The notes under the pieces were generated by a model. It was not told the origin of the DNA, searched no databases, and saw only the letters and a list, made by a program, of their open reading frames with translations. DNA of 40,546 bases from a virus, in the IMG/VR virus record IMGVR_UViG_3300004481_000286, positions 1 through 40,546 of that record, one strand, 5' to 3'. Made by a program: the position numbers and the translations under genes. Numbering within the stretch: position 1 is the stretch's first letter; each line of letters begins with the position of its first letter. Positions 16,869 through 23,468 of this stretch are shown in pieces.

Positions 16869-17208
16869 ACAGTCCATCCAGCAACACATCCGCATAGCCT
16901 GCTCAACCGGCAATACCAGGCTCTTCCGCAATAACACCGGCACGCTCAAAGACCAGCACGGCAGGCCGGTGCAGTTTGGCCTGTGCAAAGGCAGCGCCGA
17001 CCTCATCGGCTACCGGAGCATCACCATTACCCCCGACATGGTGGGCCAGCAGGTGGCGGTATTCACCAGCATCGAGGTGAAGACGCCAACCGGCAGGCTC
17101 AGACCCGAGCAGCAGGCATGGATGGATACGGTCCAGGCGGCAGGCGGCATTGCAGGCGTGGCACGGTCAGTTGAGGACGCGTTGCGGATTGTGACTGCAC
17201 AGGGTTGA
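16858..17208 (+). CDS. VRR-NUC domain nuclease (PD-(D/E)XK)
   Basis: GSADLIGY...VFTSIEVKTPTGRLRPEQQAWMDTVQAAGGIAGVARSVEDA matches the VRR-NUC D...EVK...Q..W pattern. It has a TTG start because there is no upstream ATG. Confidence 0.78.
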   Translation: MASEQSIQQHIRIACSTGNTRLFRNNTGTLKDQHGRPVQFGLCKGSADLIGYRSITITPDMVGQQVAVFTSIEVKTPTGRLRPEQQAWMDTVQAAGGIAGVARSVEDALRIVTAQG

Positions 17209-17232
17209 CGACGGCGGCGCAGGGTGTAGGAT
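17205..17232 (+). promoter_or_regulatory. possible internal promoter TTGACG-N16-TAGGAT
   Basis: Read in the gap between the VRR-NUC gene and the next gene. It is a hexamer match only. Confidence 0.3.
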
Positions 17233-17274
17233 ACGGGGACAGGAGGCGAGAGCTTCCACCCCACACCGAGAGCC

Positions 17275-17577
17275 ATGACCGTCACCACCTTCCGCAGCTC
17301 CTACGGCGCCTACAACGTGACCCGCGCCGTGTTGGCTTGCCAGCCTGAGATCAGCGCCGAGGGTACCACCACCCAGAGCGTGCTGATCTTTGAAACAACT
17401 GATCAGCAAGAAGCCGTCAGCATTGTTGGCAAGACTCTGTTCCTGCAAGCTGATGGCCGCACCTTTGAGGCCAGCTACGACGGTCAGCGCCGCACCTCCC
17501 TTAAGCCTTCCGCCCGCAAGCAATACGCAAGCGCACTGAAGCAGGGCTACAGCGCTGACATCGAGCTGATCTACTGA
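17275..17577 (+). CDS. hypothetical protein
   Basis: 100-aa ORF on the operon strand. The long minus ORF opposite it (17167-17619) is Ala/Gly/Leu-rich and typical of antisense reading in GC-rich DNA. Confidence 0.5.
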   Translation: MTVTTFRSSYGAYNVTRAVLACQPEISAEGTTTQSVLIFETTDQQEAVSIVGKTLFLQADGRTFEASYDGQRRTSLKPSARKQYASALKQGYSADIELIY

Positions 17578-17636
17578 CCCCAAGCGGCCCGCCAGAGCCG
17601 CACCCAATCTGGCAACCACACACTGCGACCCAAACC

Positions 17637-17780
17637 ATGATCACCAACCCTTGGATCAACCGCATCAGCGCCTTGCTGCTGCTGTGCGTCATCTACGCCG
17701 CTGGCTACTCCGGTGGCCGCGACCAAGCCGTGCAGGCATACCACAACCATCCCGCTTGCAATACCAACCTCAAGCCATGA
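17637..17780 (+). CDS. 47-aa single-pass membrane peptide (absent from the ORF track)
   Basis: My own translation is MITNPWINRISALLLLCVIYAAGYSGGRDQAVQAYHNHPACNTNLKP. It shares an ATGA overlap with the next gene. Confidence 0.4.
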   Translation: MITNPWINRISALLLLCVIYAAGYSGGRDQAVQAYHNHPACNTNLKP

Positions 17781-17977
17781 GCGAATCCGACATCTACTGG
17801 ACCTTTGTTACCGCCAGCAAGTACGCCGGCAGTTTTTACCAAGCAATGGGCAATGCTGGCCTCGCCGCTGACCCCAACAACAAGCGCCGCATCCTGCAGG
17901 CATTCCCTGAGATGGTTGCCACCTATGGCACTGCCAGCAGGTTGCATCAAACCATGCGCAGCGGGATAGCGGCATGA
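17777..17977 (+). CDS. hypothetical protein
   Basis: The internal ATG of ORF 17651-17977 gives MSESDIYWTFVTASKYAGSFYQAMGNAGL.... It is coupled to the genes on both sides. Confidence 0.5.
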   Translation: MSESDIYWTFVTASKYAGSFYQAMGNAGLAADPNNKRRILQAFPEMVATYGTASRLHQTMRSGIAA

Positions 17978-18753
17978 ACAGCAACGCCGAATACCACGCC
18001 GACCCAGCCATCAGCGCCAGCCACCTCAAGGCGGTGATGCAATCGCCTTACCACTACTGGAGCCGGTATGTAGACCCGCGGCGGCCAGTGGTTGAGCCAA
18101 CCGCAGCAATGCGGCTGGGCAGCCTCGCCCATTGCGCAGTGCTGGAACCTGATGAGTTGCTGCAGCGCTATGGCGTTTGCGGTCCACGCAACACCAAAGC
18201 CGGCAAAGAGCAGGCTGAGCGCATGGCCGCTGATGGCATTGAGGCTGTCACCAACACCGACATGGCGCTAGCCCTCAGCATGGCCGCCAGTGTCCGCCAG
18301 CATCCATACGCTGCCGCACTGCTAGCTGATGGCAAGGCTGAGCAGTCGTTCTGGTGGGATGACAAGGCAACCGGCCAGCGTTGCAAGTGCCGGCCTGACT
18401 GGTATCAAGGCACCACCATCGTGGATCTCAAGACCTGCCAGGACGCAAGCCCTGGCGCCTTTGCCCGCGCTTGCGCCACCTTCGGCTATCATACGCAGGC
18501 CAGCCACTACCTCAACGGCACATTTGCGGATCGGTTTGTCTTCATCGCAGTGGAGAAGACCTACCCGTATGCCGTTGGCGTGTACGAGCTGGATGCTGAC
18601 GCCATGGCCACTGGTGCTGAGCAATGCCGCATTGGCTTGCAAACCATCAGCGACTGCCGTGCCATCAATGAATGGCCGAGCTACACCACCACCTGCGACA
18701 TCATCGCAATGCCCAAATGGGCGCTATCTACGACCCCAACTATTGACTTCTGA
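17974..18753 (+). CDS. PD-(D/E)XK recombination exonuclease (RecE C-terminal / DUF3799-like)
   Basis: 259 aa. The motifs are YHADPAISASHLK, GSLAHCAVLEP, KCRPDWY...IVDLKT and FIAVEKTYPYAVGVYEL. It lies directly upstream of recT. Confidence 0.78.
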   Translation: MNSNAEYHADPAISASHLKAVMQSPYHYWSRYVDPRRPVVEPTAAMRLGSLAHCAVLEPDELLQRYGVCGPRNTKAGKEQAERMAADGIEAVTNTDMALALSMAASVRQHPYAAALLADGKAEQSFWWDDKATGQRCKCRPDWYQGTTIVDLKTCQDASPGAFARACATFGYHTQASHYLNGTFADRFVFIAVEKTYPYAVGVYELDADAMATGAEQCRIGLQTISDCRAINEWPSYTTTCDIIAMPKWALSTTPTIDF

Positions 18754-19520
18754 TGAGCACACTTGCCCTCTGGACACCAGAGCAGACGCAGCTAATTTCC
18801 ACCACCATCGCCCCAGGCTGTAGTACTGATGAGCTGCGGCTGTTTGCCTACGCCTGCCAGCGCACCGGCTTAGATCCGTTCAGCAAGCAGATCTACGCCA
18901 TCAAGCGTGGCGGCAAGATGACCATTCAAGCCGGCATTGACGGCCTGCGCAGCATTGCGGAGCGCACTGGCCAGCTTGACGGATCCGAAACTTATTGGTG
19001 CGGAGAAGATGGCCAATGGACTGATGTATGGCTTGGCAGCAAGCCACCTGCAGCAGCCAAAACCATCTTGCACCGCAAAGGCGCTAACCATCCGTTCGTA
19101 GGCGTCGCCCGCTTTGCTGATTACAACGCCGGCCAAGGCCTTTGGTCCAAAATGCCCGCAGCGATGATCGCCAAATGCTCCGAGGCCCTGGCGCTCCGCA
19201 AGGCATTTCCTGCTGACCTCAGCGGCGTCTACAGCACTGATGAGATGGATCAGGCAGTTGAGCCGGTGACGGTAACCGCAGCACCTGCGCCGGCACTGCC
19301 CGCCAAGGCGGCAGGTGATGCAAAGGTATTTCAGGCCGGCAAGGTAGCGATTGCCAAGGCTGATACGCTCACCAAGCTGCAGGAAGTTACCAAACGCATG
19401 GAAACCCGCAAGGGTGACCTAAGCGATGAGCAAAACCAGCAGTTGCTTGAGCTGGCGCTAGCTAAGGAGTCAGAGCTAGCAGCGCCCGCCAACGAAGAGG
19501 ATCCGTTTGCCGATGACTGA
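18753..19520 (+). CDS. recT: RecT-family single-strand annealing protein
   Basis: GLDPFSKQIYAIKRGGKMTIQAGIDGLRSIAERTGQ... and WSKMPAAMIAKCSEALALRKAFP are classic RecT motifs. Confidence 0.88.
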   Translation: MSTLALWTPEQTQLISTTIAPGCSTDELRLFAYACQRTGLDPFSKQIYAIKRGGKMTIQAGIDGLRSIAERTGQLDGSETYWCGEDGQWTDVWLGSKPPAAAKTILHRKGANHPFVGVARFADYNAGQGLWSKMPAAMIAKCSEALALRKAFPADLSGVYSTDEMDQAVEPVTVTAAPAPALPAKAAGDAKVFQAGKVAIAKADTLTKLQEVTKRMETRKGDLSDEQNQQLLELALAKESELAAPANEEDPFADD

Positions 19521-19737
19521 ACCCACCCGCCCCACCTTCATGGCGATCACCAGCACTGGCGGATACATCGGGCGCTGGTTTTGGAACAACAGCGGCGTCC
19601 ATTCCGACTTCCCGCGTTGGGGATCCATTCAGGCCATCCCTGACCCAACACTTCCCGGCGAACCGTGGGGCGTCTGGGCCGGCATGTTTCCTGTGATTCA
19701 ACAGATCATCAACTGGAGGTTTTACGACACGCAATGA
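19507..19737 (+). CDS. hypothetical Trp-rich protein
   Basis: 76-aa ORF coupled to the neighbouring genes at both ends. Confidence 0.45.
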   Translation: MPMTEPTRPTFMAITSTGGYIGRWFWNNSGVHSDFPRWGSIQAIPDPTLPGEPWGVWAGMFPVIQQIINWRFYDTQ

Positions 19738-19943
19738 CTGAACCGTATCTCACAACTGACCAACTGGCGGCACGTTGGGGGCTAAAGCCAGCAGCCATCA
19801 AAAACCAACGCGCACGCAACATCGGACCTAGCTACTACACAATCCCGCGTATCGGCTTCCCTGCTGGTACGCCACGGGTGCGGTATCCACTAGCCCAAGT
19901 CCTGGCCTTTGAAGAGGCCAATTCCATCACCCCACTTAACTGA
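19734..19943 (+). CDS. small helix-turn-helix DNA-binding protein (excisionase/MerR-like HTH)
   Basis: MTEPYLTTDQLAARWGLKPAAIKNQRARNIGPSYYTIP.... It shares an ATGA overlap with the upstream ORF. Confidence 0.5.
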   Translation: MTEPYLTTDQLAARWGLKPAAIKNQRARNIGPSYYTIPRIGFPAGTPRVRYPLAQVLAFEEANSITPLN

Positions 19944-19944
19944 C

Positions 19945-20292
19945 ATGAGTCTTTACGCAACTGGCATCGTTCGCTTGATTACTGAGCCAACAATGCGCAC
20001 CTTTGACAGCGGCACTGTTGTCACCAACTTCGCTGGTGGTATTCAAGAGGGCAAAGATAAAGATGGCAATTGGATTAACAATGCCATCGACTGCGAAGTA
20101 TGGGGCAAGTCTGCTGAGCTGATTGTCGATAAACTCAAGAAAGGCGACAGCATCCTGATAACAGGTGCCATCCGCCGGCAAGAATGGAGCGACAAAGAAA
20201 CTGGCGCCAAGCGCAGTAAGCACATCCTGAGCATTCAGCGGTTTGAGTTCATGCCCCGTGGCGCGGTTGCTAGCGAGGAGGCAGTGTTCTAA
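19945..20292 (+). CDS. ssb: single-stranded DNA-binding protein (OB fold)
   Basis: MSLYATGIVRLITEPTMRTFDSGTVVTNFAGGIQE...CEVWGKSAELIVDKLKKGDSILITGAIRRQEW is a typical SSB pattern. Confidence 0.78.
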   Translation: MSLYATGIVRLITEPTMRTFDSGTVVTNFAGGIQEGKDKDGNWINNAIDCEVWGKSAELIVDKLKKGDSILITGAIRRQEWSDKETGAKRSKHILSIQRFEFMPRGAVASEEAVF

Positions 20293-20435
20293 TGAACCAA
20301 GCCACCCTTGAGATTGCTTTTAAGGAGTGGTGGGAGGCGTCTTACAAGCGCCCTCCTAACCCTCAGGCAGTGATGACTCACGTTGCCTTTGCTGAGCACA
20401 TGCTGCGGCTAATGGAGCTGATGCAGGATGACTGA
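20292..20435 (+). CDS. 47-aa hypothetical protein (absent from the ORF track)
   Basis: My own translation is MNQATLEIAFKEWWEASYKRPPNPQAVMTHVAFAEHMLRLMELMQDD. It shares a TAATG overlap with ssb and overlaps the next gene's start. Confidence 0.35.
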   Translation: MNQATLEIAFKEWWEASYKRPPNPQAVMTHVAFAEHMLRLMELMQDD

Positions 20436-20763
20436 CCAACACCCGATCACCCCACCGCCTGAGCTGATTGAAGACTGGATTGAGATAGCTAAACCGTTGG
20501 CTCAACGGCCACCTAATCCAGGTGAGTTTGCAACATTAGCCGCCCGCTGGGGCGCCAACCAGGAGCTGGAGGCGTGTGTTGAGTGGTTTGTCCGCGACTG
20601 GACTGATATTGAAACAGCAGACAAGCTCCGCGCCGCCCGCCGCCCCAAGCCACCGAGCTTGAAGGAGCAGGCGCTTGACGCTCTTCACGGCATTCATGAC
20701 CAAGGCCCGACCCCTGAACAGGTCCTCACCATCCGCCTCGCACTGCAGCAACTCAATGACTGA
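20428..20763 (+). CDS. hypothetical protein
   Basis: 111-aa ORF on the operon strand. Confidence 0.5.
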   Translation: MTDQHPITPPPELIEDWIEIAKPLAQRPPNPGEFATLAARWGANQELEACVEWFVRDWTDIETADKLRAARRPKPPSLKEQALDALHGIHDQGPTPEQVLTIRLALQQLND

Positions 20764-20992
20764 CCTCTCCCCCGCCGCGCAGGCGGTGTTGACAGCGTTC
20801 AAGGCACACCCGCTACGGGCTGATCACATTGCCCAAGATCTGGTGCCGGCACTTGCCACCGCCCTGCGAGCTGCTGCGGATCAGGTGGTGCCACTGCCAC
20901 GCCTTCCATACGATTCTTGCTGCGACGTTTCAGCCTCAGCCATACGCGCCGAGCTGATGGCCATCGCCGCCGAGCTGGAGGGCAATGCCTAG
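20756..20992 (+). CDS. hypothetical protein
   Basis: The internal ATG of ORF 20675-20992 gives MTDLSPAAQAVLTAFKAHPL.... Confidence 0.45.
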   Translation: MTDLSPAAQAVLTAFKAHPLRADHIAQDLVPALATALRAAADQVVPLPRLPYDSCCDVSASAIRAELMAIAAELEGNA

Positions 20993-21212
20993 AGGCTGCG
21001 TCGTACAAATCCCCTGCCCCCAATGTGGCGGCAGGGCCACCTATGTGGTTTGCACTTTTCACACCGAAGCGGAGCAGTTAGTTAGAAGGCGCCGCTGCCG
21101 GTTCTGCGACCACCGCTGGTACACCATCCAAGACCCAGAACAACCGCTCAGTAAATACCGCATTAAATGGAAACCAGGTAAGCGCATTGTTGAGCTAACC
21201 AATGATCCCTAA
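20985..21212 (+). CDS. zinc-ribbon protein (NrdR N-terminus / Ogr-Delta-like CxxC...CxxC)
   Basis: CPQCGGRATYVVCTF...RRRRCRFCDHRWYT. This is the four-Cys ribbon with an Arg run, as in the NrdR zinc ribbon (from memory). Confidence 0.55.
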   Translation: MPRGCVVQIPCPQCGGRATYVVCTFHTEAEQLVRRRRCRFCDHRWYTIQDPEQPLSKYRIKWKPGKRIVELTNDP

Positions 21213-21447
21213 ACGCATCCGCAATCGCACGTTAAATATCCGCGTGACAGATGATGAAATTGCACTAGCCCGCAAGCTAGGAAATGGCAACGCATCACAT
21301 GGATACAGGTTGGCGATACGTTACATGGCGGATCGCTCCATTCGCGGCATTCCGCTTAGTACAATGCTCCGGGCTGCAGCGCAAATGGCTGCTGAGCTTG
21401 AAGGCACGCCTAAGCACGGCAGGACACCCACCACCAGACCTCAATGA
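21202..21447 (+). CDS. ribbon-helix-helix-like DNA-binding protein
   Basis: RTLNIRVTDDEIALARKLGNGNASHGYRLAIRYM is an RHH pattern. Confidence 0.45.
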   Translation: MIPKRIRNRTLNIRVTDDEIALARKLGNGNASHGYRLAIRYMADRSIRGIPLSTMLRAAAQMAAELEGTPKHGRTPTTRPQ

Positions 21448-22001
21448 CAATTCTCTCGGATCACGAAATCTTCAGCCTGATCAATGACGGCATGGTGCAA
21501 AACCATCACCGCGACCTGATCAATCCCGCCAGTCTGGACTTGCGGCTTGGCAATTTGATCATGCTTGAATCGGTGTCATCGCATCAGATGATCCCATTGG
21601 ATATCGGCCAATACACCGTTGATCGTCCTTACGAGTTGGTGCCAGGGCAATTCATCTTGGCGCAAACCATGGAAACGTTCAATATGCCAGAAGATATCGC
21701 GGGGTTGTTTTTTCTTAAGTCAAGCCGCGCACGAGAGGGCTACGAAAACCTGCACGCCGGTTACGCAGATCCAGGGTGGCATGGCAGCACGTTAACGCTT
21801 GAGCTAAAGAACGCCCGCCAACTGCAATCGCTGCCGCTCTATCCGGGCCTAAAGATTGGGCAGATGGTGTTCTTCCGCATGAGCAGCAAGCCAGCGATTA
21901 GTTACGCCGATGTGGGTCACTACAACAACGATGCGATGGTGTCACCCTCCAAGCAATTCCCTAGCAGCGTCGAGATGCCAGGCCTGGATGCTGCCGCATG
22001 A
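21444..22001 (+). CDS. dcd: dCTP deaminase (dUTPase superfamily)
   Basis: MTILSDHEI...INPASLDLRLG...ELVPGQFILAQTMETFNMPEDIAGLFFLKSSRAREG...GYADPGWHGSTLTLEL is a canonical Dcd pattern. Confidence 0.88.
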   Translation: MTILSDHEIFSLINDGMVQNHHRDLINPASLDLRLGNLIMLESVSSHQMIPLDIGQYTVDRPYELVPGQFILAQTMETFNMPEDIAGLFFLKSSRAREGYENLHAGYADPGWHGSTLTLELKNARQLQSLPLYPGLKIGQMVFFRMSSKPAISYADVGHYNNDAMVSPSKQFPSSVEMPGLDAAA

Positions 22002-22184
22002 TGATATTGCCTCTTGCGTCAACCAATGAATTTGCGACCGCTGGCTGGCTTCAGCCTCAGCCAACAGCAGCGCATATTCCAGCAACCCATTCATGTCGCC
22101 GCGTTTATGCAGTTCGCGCAATGCACTTGCGTTGGCAGCACCATGGAATTGTGCTTCCATTGTGTGAACCAGCGGGATCATCAT
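21942..22184 (-). CDS. opposite-strand small ORF in the dcd-sigma gap (hypothetical; extent uncertain)
   Basis: MEAQFHGAANASALRELHKRGDMNGLLEYALLLAEAEASQRSQIHWLTQEAI looks helical and protein-like. By my own count its third-position GC is higher than that of the competing plus-strand ORFs 21998-22195 and 22014-22208. The last 20 codons are antisense to dcd. Confidence 0.3.
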   Translation of the reverse strand: MMIPLVHTMEAQFHGAANASALRELHKRGDMNGLLEYALLLAEAEASQRSQIHWLTQEAISSCGSIQAWHLDAARELLGG

Positions 22185-23085
22185 GTCATCTATAAAAAAC
22201 TACCTTAACGAGATCGCAAGGTATCCATTGCTTACGGTGGACCAAGAGATTCAGTACGGTAGGCGCATCGCCAAGATGCGTGAGCTGCAACAGCTGGATC
22301 GCGACTTAACACCAGCAGAGGATCGGTTAGTGCGCAGTGGCCAACGTGCACGCGAGCGGTTCATTCAATGCAACCTGCAGCTGGTTGTGCACGTCGCCAA
22401 AAAGTACGAAGGCCGTAAGCGCAAGTCGCTTGAGATCATGGATTTGATTCAAGAGGGCAACATCGGCCTAGCGCGTGCGGTTGAATTGTTTGATTACTCA
22501 CGCGGCTACAAGTTCAGCACTTATGCGTACTGGTGGATTAAGCAAGGCATACAACGTGCATTGTCGCAGAATGATTCGATGATCAGGCTGCCGAGTGGTA
22601 TGCATGATCTGCTGGCAAAGGTAGCGCGCACCCATTCGGATTTAGGCCATCGATTAGGTCGCACGCCGTCGCTGCTAGATATTGCTGATGAGATTGGCGT
22701 TGATGTTAATACTATCCACGATGCAATCCAACGCAGCTATGCAGTATGCAGTTTGGATATGACACCGCCATCAGCTGATAGCATTACGCTTTTGGATGTC
22801 ATCGCAGATCCGCAATCTACGATTGATTTCGATGAGCTGAGCCTAAGCCATCAAGCGCAAGAGATGATGGACCTGATGGAAAAATACCTAGACGACCGCT
22901 CTAAATATGTCATCAGAAGTCGGCGATTGCAAAAGCCGCTAACTTGGCGTGAACTTGAATCAACCACTGGCGTATCGTCAACTCGGCTGATGCAGATCGA
23001 AAAGGCTGCAATGCTTAGATTGAGAATGATGCTGAACAAAGGAAGAGAACTACATGGCACACCACTGGGATCCTGTGACAATTGA
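22183..23085 (+). CDS. sigma-70 family RNA polymerase sigma factor (regions 1.2, 2, 3 and 4 present; group 2/3-like)
   Basis: YLNEIARYPLLTVDQEIQYGRRI is region 1.2. NLQLVVHVAKKY...DLIQEGNIGLARAVELFDYSRGYKFSTYAYWWIKQGIQRAL is region 2. MIRLPSGMHDLLAKV is region 3. TWRELESTTGVSSTRLMQIEKAAMLRLR is region 4. Confidence 0.9.
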   Translation: MSSIKNYLNEIARYPLLTVDQEIQYGRRIAKMRELQQLDRDLTPAEDRLVRSGQRARERFIQCNLQLVVHVAKKYEGRKRKSLEIMDLIQEGNIGLARAVELFDYSRGYKFSTYAYWWIKQGIQRALSQNDSMIRLPSGMHDLLAKVARTHSDLGHRLGRTPSLLDIADEIGVDVNTIHDAIQRSYAVCSLDMTPPSADSITLLDVIADPQSTIDFDELSLSHQAQEMMDLMEKYLDDRSKYVIRSRRLQKPLTWRELESTTGVSSTRLMQIEKAAMLRLRMMLNKGRELHGTPLGSCDN

Positions 23086-23153
23086 ACAAATCGGCGATGT
23101 ATGGCGCGTCTGCGTTGCCGGCATATGCAGACAGCATCATCAAGAATGGCAGG

Positions 23154-23468
23154 CTAGAGTTTTCTATCACCAGATGACAGCCACTGCTGCACCGCTAGCT
23201 CACGATCCAGCAACCAATAAGATTGCGTCTTGAACCACTGCTGCCAATGGTCACTGCCTTTGCGGCGGTTACACGGCCTACAGGCAGGCACGAGATTAGT
23301 TGTCACCGTAGCGCCGCCTTTATGGCGCGGCTTGACGTGATCTAAGGTATCGGCTGCTTCGCCGCAATAGGCGCAGAGATGCTGCCATGCTTCAAAGATT
23401 TGGTTTCTAAATTGCTGCTTTGCACTGCGTTTTGGGATGAGGTTGGCGCCGTCAATCCTGTGATCCAC
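23154..23468 (-). CDS. HNH endonuclease
   Basis: CAYCGEAADTLDHVKPRHKGGATVTTNLVPACRPCNRRKG. Confidence 0.88.
   Translation of the reverse strand: MDHRIDGANLIPKRSAKQQFRNQIFEAWQHLCAYCGEAADTLDHVKPRHKGGATVTTNLVPACRPCNRRKGSDHWQQWFKTQSYWLLDRELAVQQWLSSGDRKL

Noticed and set aside
17167-17619. 150-aa minus-strand ORF in the rightward arm
   Set aside because: It is Ala/Gly/Leu-rich antisense sequence that spans an intergenic gap and two plus-strand genes. It has no supporting signals.
21998-22208. Plus-strand ORFs 21998-22195 and 22014-22208 in the dcd-sigma gap
   Set aside because: ORF 21998 is coupled to the dcd stop (ATGA), but its composition is His/Cys/Trp/Pro-rich. By my count its third-position GC is clearly lower than that of the opposite-strand ORF. 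I kept this only as an alternative to the minus-strand call, and it is not excluded.
23086-23153. Bidirectional terminator at the convergence of the two arms
   Set aside because: Only a weak 5-bp stem (TCTGC...GCAGA) is present, with a 13-nt loop and no flanking T or A tracts. This is not convincing.
23054-23233. 59-aa plus-strand ORF (MAHHWDPVTIEQIGDVWRVCVAGICRQ...) starting inside the sigma gene 3' end and running antisense into the HNH gene
   Set aside because: It overlaps two well-supported genes, has no ribosome-binding site, and has an implausible C-terminal half.
23154-23468. HNH endonuclease as part of an HNH-terminase cos-cleavage pair
   Set aside because: The HNH gene is the last gene of the leftward arm, about 16 kb from the terminase genes along the molecule. 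It therefore lacks the adjacency that defines that system. It is more likely a free-standing or homing-type HNH.
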